Positions 8,629-19,100 of a stretch of 42,279 nucleotides of DNA are shown here, piece after piece; position 1 is the stretch's first letter, and the number at the start of each line of letters is the position of its first letter. Origin of the DNA: an uncultured Lachnospiraceae bacterium (GTDB taxonomy: Bacteria; Bacillota; Clostridia; Lachnospirales; Lachnospiraceae); NCBI GenBank assembly GCA_900313745.1, contig OMSM01000035.1, positions 1 to 42,279 of the forward strand. Direction: 5' to 3'. The notes under the pieces were generated by a model that saw only the letters and a program-made list of their open reading frames with translations, did not search any database and was not told where the DNA came from. A program made the translations under genes and the position numbers.

Positions 8629-8759
8629 GATTCTCCGGCCGAACGGGTTCTCCCGGCACAGCGCGCACGCATGTCGGAAAAGCCATGTCCGGCACCCTCC
8701 ACATGAGCAGGCACAAGAGGGTGCCGGGTGTCCGGCGGCCGGATCCCGTCCGGAATCAT

Positions 8760-11582
8760 CTAGCGCATCACCAGCGCCCCCTGTGCGGTCGTTACTCCAT
8801 GATAAACCGATTTGTTCACGAGCGCCAGACTCACCGGCGTCCGGGAATAGAGATGCACCTCCTCAATCACGGCTTTCTTCGCGCTCAAAGAGAGCATGCC
8901 GCCCTCGGAAGAAGCGCAGATCTCGGTCTCCAGTCCGTCGTCGTAATACGGCTGGACAAACAGGCGCGCCCGGTCTGTTCCGGCGATCAGAGATCCGATG
9001 TTGCAGACCAGCGTCAGCGGTCCGAAGCGTCCCTCCGGCACATGCATCGGCGCCTCCTTCAGCACAGGCAGCACAGCATTCTCCCTTAAGTACAGCGGAA
9101 CAGGGGAGATCGCCTGACCCGCGCACGGCGGTAGCACGGAGACGTTCGCCGCAACGTCGTCCGCATCGCCGCATTTTGCCCGCCGGGCGTTTCCTCCCGA
9201 CGGGTCGTTCCCGGCGGCTTTCGTCCAGACCGGTCCCTCGATCCGCTCCCCGCTCGTCAGGTCAATCCATGAGCCCGCCGGCAGATAGACCCACTTCTCC
9301 CGCTCGTCGAAGACCGGCGCAGCGAGCAGCGCGGAGCCCAGCATGTACTGACCGGAGAGGCCCCGGCAGTTCCGATCCTCCGGGAACTCGAGCAGCATCG
9401 CCCGCATCATGGGGAGCCCTTCCCGCACCGTCTCCCAGGCCGTGCTGTAGAGGTACGGTAGAAGCCGGTAGCGGAACTTGTTGATCGCAAGAAACGCCTG
9501 CTGCACATCCGCGGAGAACACCCAGGGCTCTCTCGGCGTGGACTGTCCGTGGCTGCGCGACAGGGGACTCATGAGCCCCATCTGCACCGAGCGGATGTAG
9601 GAAAGATCGTCCGGCACCACGCGATTGCCGGCGTAGTCGCAGTTATAGAAGCCGCCGATGTCGAAGCCCCAGAACGAGACGCCGGAGAGCCCGATGCTCA
9701 GGCCCCCGTTCAGGATGGCCGGGAGGTTGTTTAAAGCCGCCGAGGAATCCCCGGCCCAGTTTGCCGGGTAGTTCTGGGAGCCCGCGTAGCCGGAGCGGCC
9801 CCAGAGGAGCGCCCGCTCGCCCATGGCAAGTTTTGCCTCCGCGGAGGCCTCGTAGATGGTCTTCGCGTAGAGCAGCGTGTACTTGTTGTGGCCGGTAAGG
9901 CCGGAGCTGCCGTCCCAGAACACGGCGTCTTCCGGGATCTCTTCGGAGAAGTCGGTCTTGATGACGCCCACGCCCATGCGCATGAGGCGGCGCACCCTGG
10001 CCTTCAGGTACGCGACCATCTCCGGGTTCGTGAAGTCGAGGGCCGCCACGCGGAAGCTGCCCGCGTCTCCCTCGCCGGGGGAGAAGACGTACGGCTCCCC
10101 GTCGCGGTTCTTCACCAGGAAGCCGCGGTCCCGCATCCGGATAAACTGCGCGCCGTACTGCCCCGCCTTCCCGCCGCCGGCCGGCGTCGCGGTGACGTAC
10201 GGGAACATCCAGAGGGAGAGATGGATTTCGCGCTCTCTAAGCCACCGGATCATTCCCTCGGGGTCCGGGAATCTCTCCTCGTCAAAACTCAGCAGCTCCC
10301 GCGGGTCGTTTCCATAGGTCTCCGCCCAGGCCGCCAGCGCGTCGCCGCGCAGTTCGGCCGGATTCACTGCATTGTTTTGCGCAGGTGCGCAGCCGTCGGC
10401 AGCCGGGATCGGTTCCGCAGCACCGGCGCCGGCCGCAGGTGCTTCTTCCGCCGCACCCGTGCCTCCTTCGGTTTCCTCCGTTTCTTCCAGTTCGCGGTGG
10501 TTCATCCACCCGTCGATGTGAATGACGTCGACAGACATGCCGAAATCGGCCATCTGGGTGACGATCTCCTCCACTTCCGCCCGGGTCCGGTAGCTCATCC
10601 TGGACATCCAGAAGCCGAAGGCCCACTTCGGGATCATGGCGGAGCGCCCGGAGAGCGCGGTGTAGTCGGTCAGAAGGCCTTTATAGCTCCGGTTGCAGAA
10701 GAGATAGTAGTCCAGCACCGGGTCCTCTGCCTCCGCAACGGCACTTACCGCGGAGCTCGCGCCCATGTTGAAGTGGGTGCGGGTGTAGGTGTTCACAAGG
10801 AGCGCGTAGCCGTAGCTGCTCATGTAATACGGCATGCCCTTGTAGGAGACGTCGGAATTGGTGGACTGGGCGTCCCGCTGCCAGACCGTGACCTTCTGCC
10901 CGCGCTTGTTTAAGTCCGTGAACTTCTCGCCGAAACCGTAATAGTCCTCGTCCGCGTGCATGTACAGCGTCTCGAAGACGTCGGTCACCCGCCCGTCCGC
11001 GTCCCGGGTGAAGCCCACCGGAACCGCCTTGTACTTCTGGTCGACGTTGTGGTCCTTTATCTGCTCCCGGACGATCTCCTCCCCGTCCAGGAGTACCGTC
11101 ATCTCCCATGGGCACTTGCGCAGGCGCACCTGCAGGCGCGGCGTCTGTGCGACAAAGAAGTCCTCCTCCTCCCTGACCGTAAACGGGCAGGGAGGGAAAT
11201 CGAAGACAGGGTTGCTGCCGGGGATCCGGGTCTGCGTCTGATCGAAGCCAGGCGCGCCCGCAGGGCGGTCTTCCGAACCGGCATCCTGTGCGTTCTCCGC
11301 TGTGTCCGGGGCGGTTCCGTCCGTAAGCGAAGCGTCGGGAATCATCCGGAAGCGGATCGCCGTCCCGGAGACAAACTGCAGGCGCACTTCCGCACTGCTG
11401 CCTCGGAAGGTGGCGGCGGTTACCCGCAGGGTATCGTCTGTCGTCTCGTACCCGGTCATCCGGCTTAGAAAGTCCTTCTGTCCTGCGGCATTGAAATGGG
11501 ACCAGCCTTTCTCGACCTTCAGCGGGTCCCCGGCCATATCCGGCGCGTAGTACAGTTTTCCGGTGGTATCGACTGTGGTCAT
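8760..11582 (-). CDS. Glycoside hydrolase family 31 (alpha-xylosidase/alpha-glucosidase, YicI-like)
   Basis: YGFGEKF, PKWAFGFW, KTDFSE nucleophile, WAGD acid/base, DIGGF, REPW and RYRLLPYLY motifs; AAGGAG RBS. Confidence 0.92.
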   Translation of the reverse strand: MTTVDTTGKLYYAPDMAGDPLKVEKGWSHFNAAGQKDFLSRMTGYETTDDTLRVTAATFRGSSAEVRLQFVSGTAIRFRMIPDASLTDGTAPDTAENAQDAGSEDRPAGAPGFDQTQTRIPGSNPVFDFPPCPFTVREEEDFFVAQTPRLQVRLRKCPWEMTVLLDGEEIVREQIKDHNVDQKYKAVPVGFTRDADGRVTDVFETLYMHADEDYYGFGEKFTDLNKRGQKVTVWQRDAQSTNSDVSYKGMPYYMSSYGYALLVNTYTRTHFNMGASSAVSAVAEAEDPVLDYYLFCNRSYKGLLTDYTALSGRSAMIPKWAFGFWMSRMSYRTRAEVEEIVTQMADFGMSVDVIHIDGWMNHRELEETEETEGGTGAAEEAPAAGAGAAEPIPAADGCAPAQNNAVNPAELRGDALAAWAETYGNDPRELLSFDEERFPDPEGMIRWLREREIHLSLWMFPYVTATPAGGGKAGQYGAQFIRMRDRGFLVKNRDGEPYVFSPGEGDAGSFRVAALDFTNPEMVAYLKARVRRLMRMGVGVIKTDFSEEIPEDAVFWDGSSGLTGHNKYTLLYAKTIYEASAEAKLAMGERALLWGRSGYAGSQNYPANWAGDSSAALNNLPAILNGGLSIGLSGVSFWGFDIGGFYNCDYAGNRVVPDDLSYIRSVQMGLMSPLSRSHGQSTPREPWVFSADVQQAFLAINKFRYRLLPYLYSTAWETVREGLPMMRAMLLEFPEDRNCRGLSGQYMLGSALLAAPVFDEREKWVYLPAGSWIDLTSGERIEGPVWTKAAGNDPSGGNARRAKCGDADDVAANVSVLPPCAGQAISPVPLYLRENAVLPVLKEAPMHVPEGRFGPLTLVCNIGSLIAGTDRARLFVQPYYDDGLETEICASSEGGMLSLSAKKAVIEEVHLYSRTPVSLALVNKSVYHGVTTAQGALVMR

Positions 11583-11862
11583 CGCTGTGCACTCCTTGAT
11601 TTGTGACCCTTCACGCTTCTCCCGCAGACCGGGCGCTGCTTCGGTTCAGTGCCGGCCGCCGCTGCCGGAACCGGCTGCCGGTTCCGGCGGATTGGTTCTT
11701 CTCGCAGAGATCGGATGAAAACAGTGCCTGTCCATCCGATCCGAAAAGCATTGTATGATACGGGCGTCAATATGGCCGCCCGGTTTTCGTGGAAGCGCGA
11801 ACGCCATATCGGCTTTTTGACGCTTGAATTATTGTACTGTCTCCGCGGGGATGAATCCCGGC

Positions 11863-12726
11863 TCAGTCGAAGATCCCGTCCTCGTTGTAGCAGACCCAGC
11901 TCTTCCCGTCGTCGGAGACCACGTCCATGGTGGGCTTGCCGTGGATCCCGGAGAGGGGATCCGGCAGCGTCATGATGTTGGCGCGTCCGGCCACCAGGTC
12001 CTCGCAGTACTTTAAGGCGTGCGGCAGGACGTAGTCCGCCAGCGGCGAGCCGAAGCCGCGGTAGTCGTGGTGGAAATTGTAGACCTTGTCGTACTGATCG
12101 CCCATCTCCACGATCCGGCGCAGCGCCCGGCCGGCGGTCTCGACGCTGACGAAATTGGCGTCACCGCGGTGCGTCCAGTAGCCGAGGTTGTTGTTCACCG
12201 CGTCGCCGGAGAAGAGAATGCGGGTCGCGCTGTCGATGAAGACGAACTCGCCGGGGGTATGTCCCGGGCAGGCCCATGCGGTGACGATCCTCCCGCCGCC
12301 CAGATCAAACTGCTGTCCGTCCACGAGGGGCAGCCGCTCGGCCTTCTTCGGCCAGGGGAGGATATCGGCGTCGACGTCGTAGCTGTAGTGCTTGTGCTCG
12401 CGCTCCTGGATCATGCGGGCGTAGTTCTTCCGGCCGTTGATCTCTCCGTCGAAGGGGAAGGCGTCCCAGTCCTTCTCGTTTAAGTAGATCCTGTCGAACC
12501 AGAAGGAGCCGCCGACGTGGTCCATGTGCCCATGGGTGCAGGCGACGTCGTAGGGCTTGTCGGTGATGGACTCGACGAGGCCTTTGAGGTCGCCGATGCC
12601 GATGCCGGTGTCCAGGAGGAGGGCGCGCTCGGTGCCCACCAGGAGGAAAATGGAACTGCAGTCAAATTCGTCGATTTCGTAGGTGCCCGGTGCGAATTGG
12701 TACCAGGGCATGGTGCGGGTTGCCAT
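11863..12726 (-). CDS. MBL-fold metallo-hydrolase
   Basis: LLDTG, THGHMDHVGG, PGHTPG and LFSGD motifs. Confidence 0.9.
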   Translation of the reverse strand: MATRTMPWYQFAPGTYEIDEFDCSSIFLLVGTERALLLDTGIGIGDLKGLVESITDKPYDVACTHGHMDHVGGSFWFDRIYLNEKDWDAFPFDGEINGRKNYARMIQEREHKHYSYDVDADILPWPKKAERLPLVDGQQFDLGGGRIVTAWACPGHTPGEFVFIDSATRILFSGDAVNNNLGYWTHRGDANFVSVETAGRALRRIVEMGDQYDKVYNFHHDYRGFGSPLADYVLPHALKYCEDLVAGRANIMTLPDPLSGIHGKPTMDVVSDDGKSWVCYNEDGIFD

Positions 12727-12755
12727 GGGGTTGCCTCACTTTCTTGACTGAATAC

Positions 12756-12896
12756 GGCTTTCACCGTCACCCACCCCTGCTGGCCCTCACACCGCTGCTT
12801 GGTCAGGTTACCGACAGGTTGGCCAAACCGCCCTGCGGCGGGTTTGGCCTGTACCGCTCGCTGGAGGGCACAGGGGTGGGTGCTGCGGTGAAGTCC
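12756..12896. other. Long imperfect inverted repeat with an inner hairpin (structured RNA or REP/MITE-like)
   Basis: Arms 12756-12788 and 12864-12896 are reverse complements with bulges; inner ggccaaaccgcc/ggcgggtttggcc hairpin at 12821-12849. Confidence 0.6.
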
Positions 12897-12936
12897 TTAC
12901 GTTGTCCAATAATGAAGTAATACTGTTGATGAAACT

Positions 12937-14565
12937 TTACACTGTCCTGCCGTATAGTGCGGACAAGGTCTTGATTTCTTCTGCCAATTCGTCTGTGCAC
13001 TCCCCCGGTAACAGGCGCCAGGTCCAGTTGCCGCCGACGGTGGAGGGGGTGTTGATGCGGGCCTCGTGGCCGAGCCCCAGGTAGTCCTGCAGGGGGATGA
13101 CGCAGGTGTCGGAGACGCTCATGAGGGCGGCGCGGATGAAGGCGGTCTCGGGGCGTTCTTCGGGGATGTACCCAAGGTAGCGGCGCGCGTAGGCGTAGTC
13201 GGTGCGGTTTACGGTATCACACCAGCCGCGCATGGTCTCGTTGTCGTGGGTGCCGGTGTAGACCACGGAATTGGCGGTGTAGTTGTGCGGCAGGTAGTCA
13301 CTCTCCTCTCTCGAGTCGAAGGCGAACTGCAGCACCTTCATGCCGGGGAAGCCGCTCTTCTTAAGCAGCCCGATCACGGTCGGCGTGAGGTACCCGAGGT
13401 CCTCGGCGATGATGCGGCCGCCGGGAATGGCCTCCTTCACGGCCCCGATGAAATCGTAGCCGGGACCGGGCTCCCAGTGGCCGAATTCCGCGGTGGGGTC
13501 GCCCCAGGGGATGGAATAAAACTCATCAAATCCCCGGAAGTGGTCGATCCGCACGACGTCGTACCGGATGAGGCAGTGCGTAAGGCGCTTCATCCACCAG
13601 TCGTACCCGGTCGATCTGTGGTAGTCCCAGCGGTAGAGCGGGTTGCCCCACAGCTGGCCGGTGGCTGCGAACGCGTCCGGCGGACAGCCGGCGACCGCGG
13701 TCGGCACGCCCGCATCATCGAGCTGGAAGAGTTCGGGGTTGGCCCAGGTATCGGCGCTGTCCAGGGCGACGTAGATGGGCAGATCCCCGATGATCTCGAT
13801 GCCCCTGTCGTTGGCGTAAGTCTTCAGCGCGCGCCACTGCCGGTCGAAGAAATACTGGCAGAACCGGACGAACTGCAGCTCGTCGGCCAGCGACGAGCGG
13901 TATTCTTCCAGTACGGCCGGATCTCTCCGGCGCACCGGTTCCGGCCACTCCATGAGGCTGATGCCGCCGAGTCTGTCCTTCACCGCGGTATAGAGGGCGT
14001 AGTCCTCCAGCCACCAGGCGTTGGCTTCGCACCAATCGGCGAAATCAGCTGTCAGCGCCGGGTCGGCAGATGCGGCACCATCAACGGAATCCTTTGCCGC
14101 AGCTGCGGCTGCGTTCTCTGCCGGACTTGCCGGCGGAGAATCAATGCCTGACCTGCTGGCATGATAGGCCGCTCTCAGGAGATCGAAGCGGTGCGTATAC
14201 AGCCAGCCGTAATCGACATAGCGGGATGCGCCGGGATCCGCGCCGCCGATATCCTCACGCAATGCGTCCGCATCTGCAGCCGCATCCATGTCCGCGGCAT
14301 CCACCTCTTCCATGGACAGCCATCCCCGCTCGACGAACTCGGTAAGATCGATGAAGTAGGGATTGCCGGCGTAGGTCGAGAAGGACTGGTAGGGCGAGTC
14401 CCCGTACCCGGTGGGGCCCAGAGGCAGAATCTGCCAGTACGACTGCCCGGCCGAAGCCAGGAAATCCACAAACTCATAGGCTTCTCTGGAGAAGCAGCCG
14501 ATGCCGTGCGGGGACGGCAGGCAGGAGATCGGCAGCAGAATACCGCTGCGGCGCTTGTTGCTCAT
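12937..14565 (-). CDS. malQ: 4-alpha-glucanotransferase (amylomaltase, GH77)
   Basis: SGILLPISCLP, WQILPLGPTG, DSPY, GDLPIYV, PPDAF, GQLWGNP, RIDHFRG, IAEDLG and YTGTHDN motifs. Confidence 0.96.
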   Translation of the reverse strand: MSNKRRSGILLPISCLPSPHGIGCFSREAYEFVDFLASAGQSYWQILPLGPTGYGDSPYQSFSTYAGNPYFIDLTEFVERGWLSMEEVDAADMDAAADADALREDIGGADPGASRYVDYGWLYTHRFDLLRAAYHASRSGIDSPPASPAENAAAAAAKDSVDGAASADPALTADFADWCEANAWWLEDYALYTAVKDRLGGISLMEWPEPVRRRDPAVLEEYRSSLADELQFVRFCQYFFDRQWRALKTYANDRGIEIIGDLPIYVALDSADTWANPELFQLDDAGVPTAVAGCPPDAFAATGQLWGNPLYRWDYHRSTGYDWWMKRLTHCLIRYDVVRIDHFRGFDEFYSIPWGDPTAEFGHWEPGPGYDFIGAVKEAIPGGRIIAEDLGYLTPTVIGLLKKSGFPGMKVLQFAFDSREESDYLPHNYTANSVVYTGTHDNETMRGWCDTVNRTDYAYARRYLGYIPEERPETAFIRAALMSVSDTCVIPLQDYLGLGHEARINTPSTVGGNWTWRLLPGECTDELAEEIKTLSALYGRTV

Positions 14566-14646
14566 GGATAAACCTCTTACAGCCGTTCGTCTGCGGGACG
14601 AACGGCCTGCGGTGCCGCGTGAACGTCTCCGAAGCCAGGCTCGGTT

Positions 14647-15513
14647 TTACCCCTGTTCTCCGAAGGTATACACGCGCTGCCAGGTGTGCCTCTCCTCGGG
14701 TGCGAGCGTAAATTCGTGGAACACCTCGCAGGAGATGACGTGCGGCATGGACCAGACCGCCACCCTCACCGGCGTGAAATCGACGGTTTCGGAGACGGAG
14801 AGGCCATCCGCGTTCCGCTTCAGCGTCCACCTGCGCACCTTCTCGCAGGTGCGGCCCACATAGGTGCTGAAGTAGGACGGGAAGTGATCGTAATCGATGA
14901 ACTCGCACCGGCTCCGGGTGTCGAAGGCCGGATCATCCGTCGTAAGATGATACGCCCCTTCCTCGACCGGCGTCTCCCCGATGGAGAAGAAGTTGTGGGC
15001 GTACTCGTAATTCCAGAGCGCCCGGTCCCCGGTGTTGGAGAGCGCGCAGTCCGTGGTGACGGTATTGCCTTCGATCCGGTAGGTCTTCGTATAGACGCAG
15101 CCGTACCCCCGGTGCACCCCGGAATCCCAGCGCGTCTGAATCTCGGTGGCGTTCTCCGACACGGTCCGGATCTCCGTGGACAGGCTTCCGCGGTCAACGA
15201 TCTCGTAGGCGCGCGGAAAGCGGTAGTGGTACTCATCCGGACGGCGAAGCCACCCGACGCCGATCTTCAGGAACAGCTCCCCCGGCTCCGCGTCATCGTA
15301 GCCCGGCGGGTTCTCGATGCCGAACTCGCACGCGAGCCCCATGCCGCCGGTACCGAAGCCGGGGACGAGGCTCTCCTCCGTGAGGAAGGGCGTCTCCTGT
15401 CCGCCGGGCGCGGTGTACCACACCTGGCGGATGAGCCCGGTGTTGTCGAAGCGGCAGCCCTCGAAGGCATTCTGTATGAACTCCGCGCGGAGAGTGGGGG
15501 TAGTTAGAATCAT
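14647..15513 (-). CDS. Hypothetical protein, possibly with a galactose-mutarotase-like beta-sandwich
   Basis: beta-rich pattern with LSNTG...YAHNFF and terminal ISCE...FTLAPEERHTW, reminiscent of the aldose 1-epimerase superfamily; lies in a sugar operon. Confidence 0.5.
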   Translation of the reverse strand: MILTTPTLRAEFIQNAFEGCRFDNTGLIRQVWYTAPGGQETPFLTEESLVPGFGTGGMGLACEFGIENPPGYDDAEPGELFLKIGVGWLRRPDEYHYRFPRAYEIVDRGSLSTEIRTVSENATEIQTRWDSGVHRGYGCVYTKTYRIEGNTVTTDCALSNTGDRALWNYEYAHNFFSIGETPVEEGAYHLTTDDPAFDTRSRCEFIDYDHFPSYFSTYVGRTCEKVRRWTLKRNADGLSVSETVDFTPVRVAVWSMPHVISCEVFHEFTLAPEERHTWQRVYTFGEQG

Positions 15514-15572
15514 ATCGGCACTATGTGACTATAGCGCCGCCCATGACGGGATGAGTTTTGCTGATGCAAAAC

Positions 15573-16418
15573 TCATCCCTTAACCGCACCGGCGGTCATG
15601 CCGCCGATGAAGTAGGAGGAGCAGCGCAGGTACAGCAGCAGTACCGGCAGGGTCGCGATCATCAGGCCGGCGCAGAGGATGCCGTACTCGGAATTGTACT
15701 GAGACTGGAAATTCATGAGGCCCAAAGGCAGGGTCTTCAGCGCGTCCTTCTTCACCTCGATCAGGGCCCAGTAGAACTCGCTCCAGACGCCCTGGAAGTT
15801 GAAGATCGTCACCGTCGCGATGACGGGCTTCATGAGCGGGAGCGTGATCTTGATGAGGTTGTCCAGGATGCTCGCGCCGTCGATCATCGCAGCCTCGTCC
15901 AGCTCGGTCGGCAGGCTCTTCACGAAGGCAGTCATGATGAAGGTCGCCATCGCGAGGCCGTTGGTGACATACGGCAGGATCAGCGAGGCCCTCGTGCCGC
16001 CGAGACCCCAGGCCTTCAAGGTCACGAAATTCGGGATCGTGATCATCTCACTGGTCACGAAGAGGCCGAACATGTAGACGATCTCCAGCACCGGGCTGCC
16101 CCAGGGCTTTAACTTGCCGAAGGCGTAGGAGGCCATGACGATGACCACCATCTGGATCGCCAGCGTGATCGCCGTCGTGATGACCGAGTTCATGAAGAAC
16201 TTGCCGATCATACCGATCCGCCACGCCTGGACGTAGTTCTCGGGCTGGAAAGTTTTGATCCCGAAGGGGTTCACCAACACGTCGTAGTTGGACTTGAACG
16301 ACGTCATGAGGACGAAGAACAGCGGATAAATGATCAGCACCGCCAGCGCGATGAGCACGATCTGGCTTAAGACCATGAGCGGAAGGCTCTTGTATCTCTT
16401 CTTTCTGTCCGGCTTCAT
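15573..16418 (-). CDS. Carbohydrate ABC transporter permease
   Basis: ELDEAAMIDGAS EAA loop; six TM segments; GGMTAGAVKG end. Confidence 0.95.
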   Translation of the reverse strand: MKPDRKKRYKSLPLMVLSQIVLIALAVLIIYPLFFVLMTSFKSNYDVLVNPFGIKTFQPENYVQAWRIGMIGKFFMNSVITTAITLAIQMVVIVMASYAFGKLKPWGSPVLEIVYMFGLFVTSEMITIPNFVTLKAWGLGGTRASLILPYVTNGLAMATFIMTAFVKSLPTELDEAAMIDGASILDNLIKITLPLMKPVIATVTIFNFQGVWSEFYWALIEVKKDALKTLPLGLMNFQSQYNSEYGILCAGLMIATLPVLLLYLRCSSYFIGGMTAGAVKG

Positions 16419-17338
16419 CTCGCGCCTCCCTTCGTCCTGCCTCTGCCGTCGTCATTCTCGTAGTTGTACTTCGCGCCGATGTAGCGGGAAATCACGGTCA
16501 GGATGAGAATGATCACGAACAGCACCGCCGCCATGGCCAGCGCCTTGTTGAACTTGAACTCGGTGAAGGCCGTCTCGTAGATCAGCATCGAGACCACCTT
16601 GGTCGTCTTGCCCGGGCCGCCGCCGGTCAGCATGTAGAAGAGGGCAAAACTCTTCATGCCGCCGGTGATAGAGAGGATGACGTTGGTCTCCGTCGTGCCC
16701 ACGGTCATGGGGACGAAGAAGTAGATCAGCTTGTGCCACTTGTTGGCACCGTCCACCTCCGCCGACTCCAGCACCTCCGTGGAGATGTTCTGCATCGCTA
16801 TATAGAACAGCACCATCGTAAAGCCAATGTATTGCCAGGTATTGACGAAGATAATGGTTCCTAAGGCCGTCGCCTTCTCACCGACCCAGCCGTGCGCCAG
16901 GTTTCCGAGACCGATGCTGCGTAAGACCGTGTTCACAAGACCGGTCTGCGCGCCAAGGAGGAACTTCCACATGACCGCGATGACAGAGGCGGGCAGGATA
17001 ACGGGGATGTAGAGCGCCACCTTGTAGAAGGCCTGCCAGCGGCGGGTCATGTTGTAGACGGCGTAGGCCAGGAGATAGCCCAGGAAGGTCTGAATGGCCG
17101 TGGAAATCACGGCGAATTTCAGGTTGATCTTGATGGCCGCCCAGTAATTCTTGTTGTTGAAGAGGTCAATGTAGTTCTGCAGGCCGACGAACTTATAGGT
17201 ATCCTTCATCCCGTTCCAGTTGGTGAAGCTCATCACCACGGATTTGCAGAACGGGTAGAGCAGGAAGCAGGCCAGGAAAAAGAAGGAGGGCAAGAGGAAC
17301 ACATACCCCATGAGCTTGCGTTTGCTGCGATAGTTCAT
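16415..17338 (-). CDS. Carbohydrate ABC transporter permease
   Basis: FVGLQNY, ESAEVDGA EAA loop, LTGGGPG motifs. Confidence 0.95.
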   Translation of the reverse strand: MNYRSKRKLMGYVFLLPSFFFLACFLLYPFCKSVVMSFTNWNGMKDTYKFVGLQNYIDLFNNKNYWAAIKINLKFAVISTAIQTFLGYLLAYAVYNMTRRWQAFYKVALYIPVILPASVIAVMWKFLLGAQTGLVNTVLRSIGLGNLAHGWVGEKATALGTIIFVNTWQYIGFTMVLFYIAMQNISTEVLESAEVDGANKWHKLIYFFVPMTVGTTETNVILSITGGMKSFALFYMLTGGGPGKTTKVVSMLIYETAFTEFKFNKALAMAAVLFVIILILTVISRYIGAKYNYENDDGRGRTKGGAR

Positions 17339-17426
17339 ACGCGGTCTCCCTGGAAGTAGCGGATAACCGTCCGGCGGTTCACCGGAGCGGTTCCGGAGAA
17401 TCAGACGTGGGATGACGGGTTTCCGT

Positions 17427-17466
17427 AAAGAACGGGGCGAAGCACAGCTGCCTGTGCCCGCCCCGT
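17427..17466 (-). terminator. Stem-loop with a short U tail between the SBP and permease genes (partial terminator or mRNA stabiliser)
   Basis: acggggcg..gcacag/ctgtgc..cgccccgt stem followed by TCTTT on the minus strand. Confidence 0.5.
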
Positions 17467-17584
17467 GATCCTTTGTCAGAGTATTAGGAAATCGTATCTT
17501 CTGTCAGGCACCACGAAGCGCCTTTTCCTTCATCAGGTGAGGCGCCGCCCGTTCCGTCCGGAACAGGCAACATACCCTTGCAGA

Positions 17585-18982
17585 TTATTCCTCGTAGTTC
17601 TCCAGCGCTTCCTCGCGGATCGCCTGGATGGTTGCGCCGAACTCCTCGGGGGTGATGTCGGGATCCGCCATGAACTCCGCAACCGCGTCGCCCATCTTGG
17701 TGCCGATGCCGTCGTTGTAATCATAGTTGATGCGATAGCTGCTCGCGCTCGCGAAGATGTCCGCCAGCTGGTTCTGCAGATCGTCGTCGTAGACGCAGTT
17801 CACATTACCCATGATGGACTTGGTGCTGTTGCCGAACTCCTGCTGGACAGCGTCGCTGGTGATGTACTTCAGCCATGCCGCAGCCTCGTCCGGATGCTCG
17901 GTGCCGCTGTAGACCATGAACGCATCGACGCCGAAGTTGTAGAGGAAGTTCTCCATGCCTTCCGGAACCGGGAAGCTGAAGAAGCCGACCTCGAAGCCCG
18001 CCTCAGCCGTATTCTTCTCGATGGGATCCAGCTCGTTGTTGTTGACAAAGCTCATGAGACCCTTCTGGGTGTAGAACAGGGCGGTCGCCTCCTCACGCTC
18101 TAACGCAAGCGCGTCGGCAATGATGTAGCCCTTGTCATACCAGTCGCGCAGCTTCGCGCCGGCCTCTGCCCACTGCTCGCCGATCTCGGTGTAGTGGCCG
18201 CTTAAGTAGTCGGCTCTCTTTAAGATGCCGTCCGTCATCAGGTTCTGCTCGGCAAAGGTGCCGCAGATCGCTGAGATCTGGAAGCCGTTCGGCATACCGG
18301 GGGCGATAAGAGGGGTATAACCCGCGTCGACCATTTCCTGCATCATCGCCTCGAACTCCTCTAAGGAAGCCGGTGCGCTCCAGCCGTTCTCGTCGAAGAT
18401 GGTCTTGTTGTAAGCAATGACGGTCTGGGTCGTGCGATAAGGCACCGCGAAGACCTGTCCGTTGACGGAGCCGAGATCAAGACCGGCCTTCATGAGGGAA
18501 TTTCTCCACTCGCCGTCGTTCTCGTCCATGTAGTCCGCCAGATCATAGACTGCGCCGAGCGCGTTGAAGGCGCCCATCTGGTTGGACCAGCAGCAGGCCA
18601 CGTCCGGAACCTCGCCCGATGCGAAATCGGTGAGGAGGGTCTTGGTTAAGACGTCCCAGGTGATGATCTGGATCTCGACGTGGATGCCGGTCTCGGCCTC
18701 GAAGTCGTCCGCCATCTTCTGGAACTCTTCGGTGTACTCCGGCCAGTCATGCATGAAGTCGATCGTCACACCGGTGGAAGCAACCGCCTCGACGGCCTCT
18801 TCCGCGGTCTCCTCGACCGCCTCGGCGACCTCTTCCTCAGCGGCCTCGGCGACTTCCTCCGCCGCTTCCTCAACGGCAGCTGTCGTTGAGGAAGTGGTCG
18901 TGGTGGTGGTCGTCGCGCAGCCTGCCAGCAGGGACGCTGCCAGTACCGACGCGGAGATCAGCGCCAACACTCTCTTTTTCAT
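17585..18982 (-). CDS. Carbohydrate ABC transporter substrate-binding lipoprotein
   Basis: Lipobox LAG-C, Thr/Glu/Ala linker, DFEAETGIHVE, SGEVPDV and IAYNKTIF motifs; AGGAGG RBS. Confidence 0.93.
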   Translation of the reverse strand: MKKRVLALISASVLAASLLAGCATTTTTTTSSTTAAVEEAAEEVAEAAEEEVAEAVEETAEEAVEAVASTGVTIDFMHDWPEYTEEFQKMADDFEAETGIHVEIQIITWDVLTKTLLTDFASGEVPDVACCWSNQMGAFNALGAVYDLADYMDENDGEWRNSLMKAGLDLGSVNGQVFAVPYRTTQTVIAYNKTIFDENGWSAPASLEEFEAMMQEMVDAGYTPLIAPGMPNGFQISAICGTFAEQNLMTDGILKRADYLSGHYTEIGEQWAEAGAKLRDWYDKGYIIADALALEREEATALFYTQKGLMSFVNNNELDPIEKNTAEAGFEVGFFSFPVPEGMENFLYNFGVDAFMVYSGTEHPDEAAAWLKYITSDAVQQEFGNSTKSIMGNVNCVYDDDLQNQLADIFASASSYRINYDYNDGIGTKMGDAVAEFMADPDITPEEFGATIQAIREEALENYEE

Positions 18983-19100
18983 CTGTTTCCTCCTTATGAT
19001 TGGTGACCGGGATCCGCGGGGCGGGCACGCATGCCCTGTGCCCCGCGACTCCCTTTATTACGATCTGCCCTCTGACGCAGCAGACGTGTTACCCAGGATG

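Noticed and set aside
8760-11582. Sulfoquinovosidase assignment for the GH31
   Set aside because: Nucleophile context is KTDFSE (YicI-like), not the MADFGE type, and no sulfoglycolysis genes are recognisable
11664-11688. Perfect palindrome gccggaaccggc-t-gccggttccggc and IR at 8689-8728
   Set aside because: Isolated GC-rich hairpins without U tails or other copies in the window; no function can be supported
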